Of a stretch of 47,851 nt of DNA, positions 1 to 10,658 are shown in pieces. The DNA is from an uncultured bacterium (lineage in GTDB: Bacteria; UBA8481), in the NCBI GenBank assembly GCA_964499705.1, contig CAZCME010000028.1, positions 1-47,851 of the forward strand, read 5' to 3'. The notes under the pieces are model-generated. The model was not told the DNA's origin. It saw only the letters and a list, made by a program, of their open reading frames with translations, and ran no database searches. Each line of letters opens with the position of its first letter. The first letter of the stretch is position 1. A program made the position numbers and the translations under genes.

Positions 1-2
1 AT

Positions 3-2830
3 GATGTCGAATCGAACACGACGTATCAGATCGCGATCGACGGAGCATCGTCGTCTGACACCGTGGTGAAGAACAACATCCGGTTCCCCGGCAGCGGCAG
101 TTTCCTCTATAACGCGGCGACATCGGGAGCGACATTCGATCTGCGCCGGAACTGGTTCGGGACGACGAACCAATCGACGATCAACAGCAAGGTGACGGGC
201 GCGACGGCATCGCTTCTGACATGGCAGCCGTTCCGGCTCGGGCTGGTCGACACGTTCCTGGTCGACACGGTTGCGCCGGCGACACCGACCGCGCTCTCGA
301 CCGACACGTCGCAGGGCGGCCGTGTAACCGTCACCTGGACACTGCCAACTCTGGATGAAGAGGGAACTGCGTTGACCGGATTCTCGAGGGTCCGCGTTTA
401 TCGCGACACGAATCCGACGAAGTCGGACTGGCGCGTCGATTCGCCATCGTTCTCGCTAGCGTCAACGGAGACGACATGGATCGACACGACGGTGACCGTC
501 GGCCTGACGTGGTATTACCGTGTGACGGCGGTGGACACGGCCGGACTCGAGAATGAGGCCTTCTTCTCCGACACGCGGATGGCGGTGGTTTCGTCGGGCA
601 CCGTGGCGATCACCTCACCCTTGAACGATCACGATACGAACATCGCACTGATCACGGTTTCAGGAAACTGCGGATTCTTCATCGCCGGCGACAGTGTCGT
701 CATGTATCGCAACGGAATCGCGCAGTCGACCGGACTTGTTTCGGGCGGCGGTGCGTGGAGCTGTACGACGGCGCTCGGGGCAACCGGCGACAGCATTGAG
801 GCCCGTCTCTCGCGACTTGGCGTCCAAATGGACACCGAACGAATCAAGGTCGACTACTTCGGGACGCCCACCATCGCGATTCTGACTCCGCTGACCGGAC
901 ACGACACGAATATCTCGCCGATCACGGTGACCGGAACGACGACGCAGACTTCGCCCGGCGACTCGGTCGGCATCTATCTCAATAACGTCTGGCAGTGCAC
1001 CGGGACTGTATCGGCCACTGGAACGTGGTCATGCACCGCCGCGGTGGCGGGCGTGGGCGACAGCGTGCGCGCGCTATTGCGGACAATAGTCGGTGACACG
1101 GCGCAGGATACGATTCACGTCAATTTCTACGACGGCTCGTCCTGGTTTGTGAACGACGCATCGACGGCGAGCGACTCGTTCACGTATGCGGTCGGGCGCG
1201 ATACGGGCCGCGGCGATTCGATGGCGCCGTTCCGCACGATCGCGAAGGCTTTGTCCCTTGCGACGGCGGGTGAGACGATCTTTGTCGATCGCGGAACCTT
1301 CACCGAATCGGTCGTCTTCCTCGTGGACTCGACCACGCTCATCGGCGCCGGAGACGACACGACGATCGTCGATCCTCCTGGTGAATCGACGACGGCTGGC
1401 ATCTACGCCTTCAACCTTACAGGCCGGAGGGCCACCGTCATCCGCAATGTGCAGGCGACGGGCGCGGAAGTCGGGTTCCGTCTCAGCAACTCCGATTCTT
1501 CGCTCATCGATACCGCGCGCGTCTTCCTGACCGCCTTCGGCGTCGATCTCGAGGGTGGCTCGGATTCGAACCTGATCCGGAATGTCCGCTCGGAGCGGAA
1601 CAGCGCGTACGGATATTACCTGGGGGCGTCCTCCTACAACATCCTCCGGGGCGGACGCGCGGACACGAACACGACGACGAACGTCTTAATCTCGACGAGC
1701 GCGAACGGAAACCGTGTGGAAAGCATGACGGTGACGGGGGCGTCGCATGGACTCTACATCTTCCAGGGAACGAACAACACTCTGGAGTACAACGTAGTCC
1801 AGAACGTCAGCGTGATAGGTATCTACGTTCAGGCGACGAGCGGGAACCTGCTGCGGCGGAACCGGAGCACCGGGAACGGGACCGGCATCTGGATGAACGC
1901 GGTGACGAACACGGTCGTGACAGCGAACGATGTGGAATCGAACACGACGTATCAGATTGCGATCGACGGAGCATCCTCGTCGGACACGATCGTGAAGAAC
2001 AACATCCGGTTCCCCGGCAGCGGCAGTCATCTCTATAACGCGGCGACATCGGGAGCGACATTCGATCTGCGCCGGAACTGGTATGGGACGACGAGCCAGT
2101 CGACGATTAACGCGAAGGTAACGGGAGCGACAGCCTCGCTTCTGACGTGGCAACCGTTCCGGCTCGGTCCGGTCGATACGTTCCTAGTCGACACGGTCGC
2201 GCCGGGGACACCGACCGCGCTCACGACCGACACGACTCAGGGCGGTCGCGTGCTTGTGACATGGGTGCTGCCGGTGCTGGACGAAGAGGGTTCCGCTCTG
2301 ACTGGATTCCTGAACGTGAGGGTCTATCGCGACACGAATCCGACGAAGTCGGACTGGCGGGCCGACTCGCCCGACTTCATCCTCGCGGCAACCGATACAT
2401 CATGGGCCGATACGTCGGTCGCGGTCGGGACGACCTATTACTACCGCGTGACTGCGGTCGACACCGCGGGGCTCGAGAACGAGGCTTTCTTCTCCGACAC
2501 GAAGATGGCGGTCGTCTCGTTCGGCACGGTCGCGATCCGAACTCCGGTGAACAACCACGACACGAACATCTCGCCGATCTCGATCGTGGGCGTCTGCAGC
2601 TTTGCGATTGCAGGAGACAGCATTGTCGCCTACCGGAACGGTGTGGCGCAATCCACGACGACTGTCTCGGCGATCGGCTCATGGAGCTGCACCTCGGTGC
2701 TTGCGGCGATCGGAGATTCCATCGAAATTCGTCTCTCGCGCCTTGGTGTTCTCCACGACACAAAGAGAATTCATGTCAGCTTCTACGGAGCTCCGACCTG
2801 CTCGATCGTCTCGCCTCCGAATCTGCACGA
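3..2830 (+). repeat. Intragenic direct repeat, offset 1926 bp (about 3-900 vs about 1929-2830)
   Basis: gatgtcgaatcgaacacgacgtatcagat at 3 vs gatgtggaatcgaacacgacgtatcagat at 1929; near-identical DNA for about 600 bp, then decaying through the Ig-like domain. Confidence 0.85.
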
Positions 2831-5800
2831 GACGAGCGTCACCACCATCAACGTAACGGGCACTGTAGCGCAGGCCTTCCCGTGGGATAGCGTGGTCGTG
2901 TATGTGAACGGAGTCGCGCAAGACACCGTGCGCGTCATGGATACGATGACGTGGGTGGCGTCCGTCCCGTTGGGCGGCAATCCCGAGAGCATTGTCGCGA
3001 GATTGACGAATCAGTTCGGCAATATTGCGGCGGACACGATCACCGTATCGAAGTATCAGGCGACCACATGGTATGTGAACGACTCGCAGACGACGTCCGA
3101 CAGTTACACGACGACGATCGGCAGCGACACGCTTGGCTCGGGCAGTCGACTGCTGCCGTTCCGAACGATCACGCGAGCCATTCAGTCCGCGAAGGCCGGA
3201 GACACGATCTACATCGATGCCGGAACCTACACGGAGACGGTGGTTGTCGACACGAATACGCTCCGCCTGATCGGCGTCGATTCGAGCCTGACGATCATCA
3301 ATCCGCTGGGCGACAGCCAGTCCGCACTTAGCTACGCCATCTTCGCCGATACGCAGCAGGGGCTGGAGATCCGCGATCTTCGCGTCCGCGACGCGCTTCG
3401 CGGCATTCACCTCCAGGCCTGCTCGAACGCGCTCGTGATCCGCGTGCGAGCGACCGACTGCGGCGAGTTTGGGATCTACGCTTTGAATGGTTCGGACACG
3501 ACGCAGATCCTCTCCTGCCAGGTCGAGCGGAACCAGGTTCATGGAATCTACGTGCAGGGAAGCGTTGGCCTGACCATTGCCGACAACCGGGTTCTCGATG
3601 GCGCCGCAAATGGCATCAATCTCTTCCAGAACGCCGACAGGAATCTCGTCACTCGAAACATCGTTTCTCATAACCAGGCCTACGGCATCAAGATTTCGGC
3701 CGGTTCGGACAACCGCATCGAGTACAACACTCTGAATGCGAATTCGTACGCGGCGCTTTCGGTCGTCGGCGCGTCGAATCGCGATACGTTCCAGAAGAAC
3801 CATATTACTTTCCCGGCCGGCGCCGGATTCGACACGGCGGGCGCGGAGAACGGCGCTGGCGTCAACGTCAACTTCTATCGGAACTGGTGGGGCACGACGG
3901 ATACGCTGGCGATTGAACGTTCGATTACGGGCGCGAACGAAAGCATGACGCTGTATGCGCCATTCCGTCTTGGAACACTCGACACGACTCTGGCGTCGGA
4001 CACGGTAGCACCGCGAGCGCCGGATTCGGTGACCGTCAATGGCGTAACGGAGACGACCGTCCGCGTCGATTGGACGGCGGTCGCAGCGAACGAGGAAGGC
4101 TCGCCTTTCGCGGTCGGACTCACCGGATACCGCATCTACCGGTCAGCGATTCAAGACACTTCGGTCTGGATTCTGCGCGGCGAGGTTGGAAACGCCACGA
4201 CCTCGTTCGTCGATTCTGGATACCTCGTGAACGACACCCGCTATTACCGTGTCACTGCCTACGATGCGAACACGCCGGTAAATGAGTCCTTCTTCTCGGA
4301 CTCGGTCGCGATCGGCCTGACGCGCCGTATTCCCAATGCGTGGTATATCAACGACGCTTCGGTTGTCGGCGACGTCTTCACGACGGTGGTCGGCTTGGAT
4401 GCGAATGACGGCTATGCGCCGTCTACGCCGAAGCTGACATGGAATGGCCTCGAGTCGCTCCTCTCGCCCGGCGACTCGGTCTACATCGACGTCGGCAGCT
4501 ATACCCCGACCGACACGATGTCGATCTTGCAGGATTCCGTCACCGTCATCGGCGTCGATTCGACGACTTCCGGAACGGTCATCGACTTCAACGACACGAC
4601 GTCGGCATCCGCGCTCGCCATCTTCGCGCAGACGAGGAACAATCTTACGTTCCTGAATTTCCGCGTCCGTCGCGGGCTCTATGGAATCTGGATGAAGAAC
4701 TGCGACACCGTGACGATCACATCCGTTTATACGGAGTCAAACGGCATCGCGGGCATCTTCTTCGATACGTCATCTCCGGGTCCGCGCTACTCGACGGTGT
4801 CGAATGTCCGTGCGAGCGGCAACCAGGTTGGCTTCCTGATCCACGGTTCTGACACGAACACCTTCAACAATTGCGTTGCGTCGTCCAATTCATCTTACGG
4901 GTGGGACATCGCCGCCGGCGATCAGAACACCTTCAATACCAACTCGGCGACAAACAATCGCAATTCCGGATTCCGGATCATGGGGAATGCGGACGGCAAC
5001 ACATTCCTGAAGAACACGAGCCATACGAATACGGGCGCGGGCTTCGCGATGACGAGTTCCAACCGCAACCGGTTGTCCGGCAACTCGGCCGTCAACTGCG
5101 CGACAAACGGCTTCACATTCACTTCCTCGTCGAACGTCTATCTCGACACGAACACCGCGGATTCCTGCGGCCAGTGGGCATACGTCATTAACGCCGGTTG
5201 TTCCTTGGATACCTTCTACAAGAACAGTATCGAGAGTTCCCCGTCGTGGCCCGATTCCGCGCTCTTCTACGACGTCGCGACCCCGATCGACTTCTCATAC
5301 ACCTATTGGGGAACGACGGACGAAGTCCGGATTCGCGCGAAGTTCGGCGGTTCCGGCGCGGACTCCGTCGACTTCACTCCGTATCGCACGACGCCGCCGG
5401 ATACGACGCCCGGTGCGGATGTTGTCGCGCCGGAGGCTCCGGACACGGTATTCGCGACCGGCTTAAACGAGACGACGATCCGTGTCACCTGGGCGGCTTC
5501 CATCGTGGATGAGGAACCGCCGAATCCGCCGGTCGTGGATCTCATGGCGTACCGGATCTACCGCGCCATCACGAGCGATACGACGCAGTGGCAGTATATC
5601 GGCTCCAAACCGGCCGGGACGCATTTCTGGGACGACTCACCGGTCGATCGAGCCTACTACTACCGCGTGACGGCCGTGGACACGAAGTTCCCGATCTACA
5701 ACGAGTCGTTCTTCTCCGACTCGATCGCCTTCTCGGGAATGCTACTGTCGGCCAATGTTTGGTATGTCAACGACACGTCCACGTCGGGCGACGCGTATAC

Positions 5801-8800
5801 ATCCGCCGTTGGCAATGACGCAAATAACGGCCACACGCCCGCGACACCCAAGAAGAGCCTGTCTCTGGTCCTTGATCTCATCAGCTCCGGTGACACGGTC
5901 TACGTCGATAGCGGCGTTTATAGTTTCTCGGATTCGGCCGTCATTGACACGAATTCGATCTGGATCCTCGGCAAGGATTCGATCTCGACGGTCCTGAACT
6001 TCGCGGCGGCTGCAGCGGCGAATCGAAAGGTCTTCGCGTCGGGACGGACGAACATCACGATCCGTGATATCGGTGTTCCGTCCGGATGGCACCCGGTTCA
6101 TTTCCTGAATGTGACGGGTGGAGAAATTACGAGCCTCAGGGGAACGAGCCCGAATATCGGTGTCATGCTCGAGACCTGCGCGAACGTGACGATTGAGCGT
6201 TGCGAGGTCACGAACCCATCACCGAATGTCGGTTATGCCATCAATAATTCGAACAACATCACGGTTCGTTACAATGTCTCCACGAACGGTCTCTCGGCCT
6301 ATTATCTCAACAACGCCGATAACTGCACCTTTGATTCCAATTCAACGTCCGGTGGTACTTATAACGGGTTCCAGATTGATAACGGATCAGACAACAACAT
6401 CTTCCGTGACAACACAGTCACGAACAAGGACACCGGAGTGCATCTCGGAACCGCGTCCGCGAACAACATTTTCCTTCGCAACCGGATTCTGGCTTCGAAT
6501 GCAACTTCGATTGCAGTTCGCAGTTCCAACGGAAACTCGTTCATTCAGACGACAATTACGAACGCGCGTATCACGGTCGAAGGAACTACGGCGACCTGCA
6601 CGGTCACGAAGAGCAATATCGCCGGGCTCTCCGCAGGCGAAGTTGTCAACAATACCCCATTTCGCATCAATGTATCGCGCAACTACTGGGGCACGACCGA
6701 CAGTTCCGTGATCGCGGCTCTCTTCACTGGTACCGGCGTTGACTCCATCACGTGGTTGCCCTTCCGCCTGGACGCCGTTGATACGGCTCAAAATGCCGAC
6801 ACGGTCGCTCCGCGCGCGCCGGATACCGTGGTTGCCACGGGTGTCACGGAAACTTCGATTCTCATCTCATGGGGCGTTACTTCCACGTCGGAGGAAGGAG
6901 AAATGGCGCTCAACCTGACGAGCTATCGCATCTACCGCGCAGACTCGGCGGGCGTCAGTTCATGGACGCTCTTCGGCAGCACGGCGGCAGGAACGAATTC
7001 CTTCACCGACTCGACCATCACCGCGGGTCAGACCAAGTACTACCGCGTCACGGCGCTCGATAATGCGACGATTGTGAACCAGTCCTTCTATTCCGATTCC
7101 ATCGCCGTGGGAGTCAGCGGGAGCACACCGAATATCTGGTACGTCAATGACACGTCCACATCAGGCGACGTCTACACGACCGCGGTCGGCAATAACTCCA
7201 ACAATGGTCTCACGCCGGCGACTCCGAAGAAGACGCTCGGCGCCGTCGCGCCGCTCCTTTCGCGCGGCGACACGGTCTACGTCGATTCCGGCATCTTCCA
7301 GGACGCCGACTCCGTCGTCATCGACACGGACGTCATCTGGATCATTGGCAAGGATTCGCTTACGTCCATCGTCGAGCATTCGACGCTCTCGGCGACGATC
7401 CCGACGATCTACGCGGATACGCAGCAGCAGATCTTCATCCGCAACCTGAGGATTAGGAACGGCAGGTCGGGCGTCTGGTTCCATAACACGGACGCTTCCG
7501 TGATCGAGGACAATACGTTCACCGACAATCAGTGGGGCATCTATTGCGAGTACACCTCGGACAGCAACATGATCGCCGATAACTTCGTCACGCAGGGCGA
7601 CGTCGGGTTCTCGATGACGCTCTCCACCGGCAACGTCATGACGCGCAACCGCATCACGTGGAACGACACCGACGCGATCACGATATCGCAGGACGCAAAC
7701 GACATCGTCACCGACAATATCGTGGAGAACAACGGCTACGGTATCCAGATCAACCAGTCCAACGGCTGCCGCGTGCTCCGCAATACGATGTCCAATGGAC
7801 GCCTGCAGGGCTTCCATATTCTCAATTCGAACAACACGGTCATTGCGCAGAATACGCTCGACTCGAATTCTTGCTGGGCGCATGAAATCTATGACACGTC
7901 GTTGCCGTCGACGTCCGACACGTTCCAGAAGAATAACTTCGTTGCGTCTCCGTCAAAACCCGATTCGGGCGTCGGAAATCATACGATGACGGGATACTCG
8001 TTCATCAGGAGCTGGTGGGGCACGACGGACAGCGTCGCGATCAAGGCGAAGATGGGCGGCGTCGGCCGGAACCTCATCTCCTACATTCCCTATCGCCTCG
8101 GTGTGGTTGACACCGCCCTCGGCGCGGACACCGTCGCGCCGCGCGCGCCGGACACCGTCGGTGCGAGCGCCATCTCGGGCAGCGTCATACGCGTCTCGTG
8201 GTCGACGGTCTCGGCATCCGAAGAACAGGAAGCCGCGCTCGGTCTCGCCGGCTACCGCGTTTACCGCGCGACCTCCGCGGCTGCCTCCTCGTGGACGCAG
8301 ATCGCCTCGCTCGGCACCGCCAGCCGCACCTACGAGGACGCTGGACTTGCGCAGGGGGTAACGCGCTTCTATCGCGTCACGGCCTTTGACGCCGCGACAT
8401 ACGTCAATGAGGCGTTCTACTCCGACTCGATCGCGTCCGCGACGACGGGCACGGGCGGCATCTGGTACGTCAACGATACTTCGACGGCCAACGACTCGTT
8501 CACATCCGCGATCGGATCCGATGCGAATAACGGCATGGCGATATCCACTCCGTTCCTCCACATCGATTCGGCGCTCGCGGTCGCGGGTGTCGGCGACACG
8601 ATTTTCGTGGACGCGGGTATATACTACACCACGGAGACGATCACGATTCGCGACAACGGTATCTCGCTTGTCGGCAAAGACTCTTCCGCCACCGGCACTC
8701 TCATCGACTTCCTCGATTCTTCCATGATGCCCGCGCGCTGCATCTACGCCCACACGAAGTCCGGCGTCTATCTCCGGGACTTCCGCGTCATCAACGGTCG

Positions 8801-10658
8801 CTACGGCGTCTGGTTCCGGAACGTCGACTCGTCCGTCATCGAACGGGTCCAGGCCGACCTGAACGCCGTCGCAGGCATCCAGCTCGATACGGGCTCCCCG
8901 GGCAGCTATCACAACATGATCCTGAACTCGGCCGCGTCGGGCAACGCGATCGGCTTCAAGCTCCATGCCTCCGGCTCGAACACGCTCATCGGAAACTCGG
9001 CGACCAACAACACCGACGCCGGATTCCTCCTCGACACATCCTCGGGCAACACGCTCCAGTCGAACGTTGCTACCGGTAACGCCGACGGATTCGTCCTGCG
9101 TTCCTCGTCCGACGCGAACGTTCTGGAGTCGAACACTTCCACGGGCAACGCCGACGCCGGTATTGTTCTCCTTGACGCGGATTCGAATACGCTCTCGGAG
9201 AACACCATTGCGGACAACGAAGGCTACGCGCTTGTCCTCGACGGCACCACGTCGGGCGGAACGTACGATTCGAATGAGATCAGCGGCTCGACGGAGCACC
9301 CCGACTCCGCCGTCTTCAATGCGACGACCGCGGAGGTCGATCTCTCCACGACGGACTTCGGCACCGAAGACGAGGCGACGATCCGGAGAAAGATCGCAGG
9401 CCCAGGCAAGTCGAATGTCGCGACCGAAGGATTCGTCCCGGGCCGTGATGTCGAACCGGAACCGCTTGCGGAGATCGTTTCGCCGTCGCGCGACATTAAT
9501 GTCCTCCGCACCTGCGCCGTCGAGATCATCGCTCGTCCGCTTCGGACGGCGGCCGCCCGAGCCCTGTCCATGACGGCGCTTCGGTTCCAGTATCGCTCCG
9601 GCGAGGAGTGGATCGATCTGGCGACGATGAACGGCGAGGCGGCGACGGCCAACATCGGGGAGAACGGCGAAGCGCGGATCATCTGGGACGCGAAGAACAT
9701 GCCCGAGGGCGCCGTCGAATTCCGCGCGGTGCCGGTCACCGATGTCGCCGAGGGAGCCGAACGCTCTTCGTCCGCCAACAGCGAGCACGCCGCATTCCAC
9801 GCGATTCGCTTTACGACGGACGTCGAGGCGGCGGACTTCGCGACGGACATGAATCAGGCGACCGACACGGTCTCCAAGCGTCAGCGCGTGGCGTCGACGC
9901 AGCGCGAAGTGATCGCGGCGATCGCGCCGTCCGGCGCCTTGGTGACGGTCGTTCTGGATACGGGCATCGTTCCAGTCCGTTCCGAGACTCAAGGTCTCAA
10001 GCTTATCGTCGGCCTGGCGCCGAGGCCATACATCGAGACCGCTTCGCTTCCGCTCGGCGTCTCCGTCGCGGCATCGGTCGCGGAGGTCGCCTTCTCGGAT
10101 GGCTCGCAGCCGACGGGAGACGTGACGATCACGATTCCGCTGCCGGCCAGGAACGCCAATGACGAAGTCCAGGTGAACGGCCGGTGGGTACCCGTCTCGA
10201 TGCTCGAAGCATGGAGTCACAATACGCAGACGGGACAGTGGGAGAAACTCGACGCGCCGGTTCTCGATCTCGCCGCGGGTACCGCCCGGTTCAAGACGAA
10301 GCACTTCTCCTTCTTCACGCTCGCATCGCCGGTCGCGGGCATCACGAATCTTTCGGGCCTCCGCGTCTACCCGAATCCGTTCAAGCCGAACGCGGGCAAC
10401 GCGGCCGAAGGCGTCGAGTATCAAGCTGGAGTGCGCTTTACCGGCATCACGTTCGAGAACATCCCGGCCGGATCGCAATTGAAGATCTACACGTCCCTGG
10501 GAGAAATGATCGATGAAATGCTGATCGACGCTTCGGGTGGGACGCAGTGGGATGTTCGGAACGGCCGCGGCGAGAAGGTCGCCAGTGGCGTCTACATCTA
10601 TTCTGTGATCGCTCCGAACGGCGATCGCAGGACCGGAAAGCTGATGGTGATCCGATGA
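3..10658 (+). CDS. Giant secreted surface protein (5'-truncated): repeated right-handed beta-helix (NosD/PbH1-like) + fibronectin III modules, Ig-like domains, C-terminal T9SS/FlgD-like sorting domain
   Basis: The frame is open from base 3 (DVESNTTYQIAIDG..., matching the internal copy at 1929), so the true start lies upstream of the window. Six W(Y/F)(V/I)ND module starts at 1143, 3069, 4341, 5760, 7137, 8463; recurring RNWWGTTD, PFRLG..DTVAP and YYRVTAxD..NE(A/S)FFSD motifs; C-terminus VYPNPF..WDVRNGRGEKVASGVYIY..GKLMVIR. Confidence 0.85.
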   Translation, partial: DVESNTTYQIAIDGASSSDTVVKNNIRFPGSGSFLYNAATSGATFDLRRNWFGTTNQSTINSKVTGATASLLTWQPFRLGLVDTFLVDTVAPATPTALSTDTSQGGRVTVTWTLPTLDEEGTALTGFSRVRVYRDTNPTKSDWRVDSPSFSLASTETTWIDTTVTVGLTWYYRVTAVDTAGLENEAFFSDTRMAVVSSGTVAITSPLNDHDTNIALITVSGNCGFFIAGDSVVMYRNGIAQSTGLVSGGGAWSCTTALGATGDSIEARLSRLGVQMDTERIKVDYFGTPTIAILTPLTGHDTNISPITVTGTTTQTSPGDSVGIYLNNVWQCTGTVSATGTWSCTAAVAGVGDSVRALLRTIVGDTAQDTIHVNFYDGSSWFVNDASTASDSFTYAVGRDTGRGDSMAPFRTIAKALSLATAGETIFVDRGTFTESVVFLVDSTTLIGAGDDTTIVDPPGESTTAGIYAFNLTGRRATVIRNVQATGAEVGFRLSNSDSSLIDTARVFLTAFGVDLEGGSDSNLIRNVRSERNSAYGYYLGASSYNILRGGRADTNTTTNVLISTSANGNRVESMTVTGASHGLYIFQGTNNTLEYNVVQNVSVIGIYVQATSGNLLRRNRSTGNGTGIWMNAVTNTVVTANDVESNTTYQIAIDGASSSDTIVKNNIRFPGSGSHLYNAATSGATFDLRRNWYGTTSQSTINAKVTGATASLLTWQPFRLGPVDTFLVDTVAPGTPTALTTDTTQGGRVLVTWVLPVLDEEGSALTGFLNVRVYRDTNPTKSDWRADSPDFILAATDTSWADTSVAVGTTYYYRVTAVDTAGLENEAFFSDTKMAVVSFGTVAIRTPVNNHDTNISPISIVGVCSFAIAGDSIVAYRNGVAQSTTTVSAIGSWSCTSVLAAIGDSIEIRLSRLGVLHDTKRIHVSFYGAPTCSIVSPPNLHETSVTTINVTGTVAQAFPWDSVVVYVNGVAQDTVRVMDTMTWVASVPLGGNPESIVARLTNQFGNIAADTITVSKYQATTWYVNDSQTTSDSYTTTIGSDTLGSGSRLLPFRTITRAIQSAKAGDTIYIDAGTYTETVVVDTNTLRLIGVDSSLTIINPLGDSQSALSYAIFADTQQGLEIRDLRVRDALRGIHLQACSNALVIRVRATDCGEFGIYALNGSDTTQILSCQVERNQVHGIYVQGSVGLTIADNRVLDGAANGINLFQNADRNLVTRNIVSHNQAYGIKISAGSDNRIEYNTLNANSYAALSVVGASNRDTFQKNHITFPAGAGFDTAGAENGAGVNVNFYRNWWGTTDTLAIERSITGANESMTLYAPFRLGTLDTTLASDTVAPRAPDSVTVNGVTETTVRVDWTAVAANEEGSPFAVGLTGYRIYRSAIQDTSVWILRGEVGNATTSFVDSGYLVNDTRYYRVTAYDANTPVNESFFSDSVAIGLTRRIPNAWYINDASVVGDVFTTVVGLDANDGYAPSTPKLTWNGLESLLSPGDSVYIDVGSYTPTDTMSILQDSVTVIGVDSTTSGTVIDFNDTTSASALAIFAQTRNNLTFLNFRVRRGLYGIWMKNCDTVTITSVYTESNGIAGIFFDTSSPGPRYSTVSNVRASGNQVGFLIHGSDTNTFNNCVASSNSSYGWDIAAGDQNTFNTNSATNNRNSGFRIMGNADGNTFLKNTSHTNTGAGFAMTSSNRNRLSGNSAVNCATNGFTFTSSSNVYLDTNTADSCGQWAYVINAGCSLDTFYKNSIESSPSWPDSALFYDVATPIDFSYTYWGTTDEVRIRAKFGGSGADSVDFTPYRTTPPDTTPGADVVAPEAPDTVFATGLNETTIRVTWAASIVDEEPPNPPVVDLMAYRIYRAITSDTTQWQYIGSKPAGTHFWDDSPVDRAYYYRVTAVDTKFPIYNESFFSDSIAFSGMLLSANVWYVNDTSTSGDAYTSAVGNDANNGHTPATPKKSLSLVLDLISSGDTVYVDSGVYSFSDSAVIDTNSIWILGKDSISTVLNFAAAAAANRKVFASGRTNITIRDIGVPSGWHPVHFLNVTGGEITSLRGTSPNIGVMLETCANVTIERCEVTNPSPNVGYAINNSNNITVRYNVSTNGLSAYYLNNADNCTFDSNSTSGGTYNGFQIDNGSDNNIFRDNTVTNKDTGVHLGTASANNIFLRNRILASNATSIAVRSSNGNSFIQTTITNARITVEGTTATCTVTKSNIAGLSAGEVVNNTPFRINVSRNYWGTTDSSVIAALFTGTGVDSITWLPFRLDAVDTAQNADTVAPRAPDTVVATGVTETSILISWGVTSTSEEGEMALNLTSYRIYRADSAGVSSWTLFGSTAAGTNSFTDSTITAGQTKYYRVTALDNATIVNQSFYSDSIAVGVSGSTPNIWYVNDTSTSGDVYTTAVGNNSNNGLTPATPKKTLGAVAPLLSRGDTVYVDSGIFQDADSVVIDTDVIWIIGKDSLTSIVEHSTLSATIPTIYADTQQQIFIRNLRIRNGRSGVWFHNTDASVIEDNTFTDNQWGIYCEYTSDSNMIADNFVTQGDVGFSMTLSTGNVMTRNRITWNDTDAITISQDANDIVTDNIVENNGYGIQINQSNGCRVLRNTMSNGRLQGFHILNSNNTVIAQNTLDSNSCWAHEIYDTSLPSTSDTFQKNNFVASPSKPDSGVGNHTMTGYSFIRSWWGTTDSVAIKAKMGGVGRNLISYIPYRLGVVDTALGADTVAPRAPDTVGASAISGSVIRVSWSTVSASEEQEAALGLAGYRVYRATSAAASSWTQIASLGTASRTYEDAGLAQGVTRFYRVTAFDAATYVNEAFYSDSIASATTGTGGIWYVNDTSTANDSFTSAIGSDANNGMAISTPFLHIDSALAVAGVGDTIFVDAGIYYTTETITIRDNGISLVGKDSSATGTLIDFLDSSMMPARCIYAHTKSGVYLRDFRVINGRYGVWFRNVDSSVIERVQADLNAVAGIQLDTGSPGSYHNMILNSAASGNAIGFKLHASGSNTLIGNSATNNTDAGFLLDTSSGNTLQSNVATGNADGFVLRSSSDANVLESNTSTGNADAGIVLLDADSNTLSENTIADNEGYALVLDGTTSGGTYDSNEISGSTEHPDSAVFNATTAEVDLSTTDFGTEDEATIRRKIAGPGKSNVATEGFVPGRDVEPEPLAEIVSPSRDINVLRTCAVEIIARPLRTAAARALSMTALRFQYRSGEEWIDLATMNGEAATANIGENGEARIIWDAKNMPEGAVEFRAVPVTDVAEGAERSSSANSEHAAFHAIRFTTDVEAADFATDMNQATDTVSKRQRVASTQREVIAAIAPSGALVTVVLDTGIVPVRSETQGLKLIVGLAPRPYIETASLPLGVSVAASVAEVAFSDGSQPTGDVTITIPLPARNANDEVQVNGRWVPVSMLEAWSHNTQTGQWEKLDAPVLDLAAGTARFKTKHFSFFTLASPVAGITNLSGLRVYPNPFKPNAGNAAEGVEYQAGVRFTGITFENIPAGSQLKIYTSLGEMIDEMLIDASGGTQWDVRNGRGEKVASGVYIYSVIAPNGDRRTGKLMVIR

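Noticed and set aside
7953-10478. 841-aa minus-strand ORF and the many similar antisense or alternate-frame ORFs
   Set aside because: Shadow ORFs of GC-rich genes; Arg-rich, no motifs.
10547-10654. N-terminal extension of the PorV-like ORF (likewise 27602-28036 of the permease ORF)
   Set aside because: These overlap upstream genes; coupled starts at 10655 and 27601 fit better.
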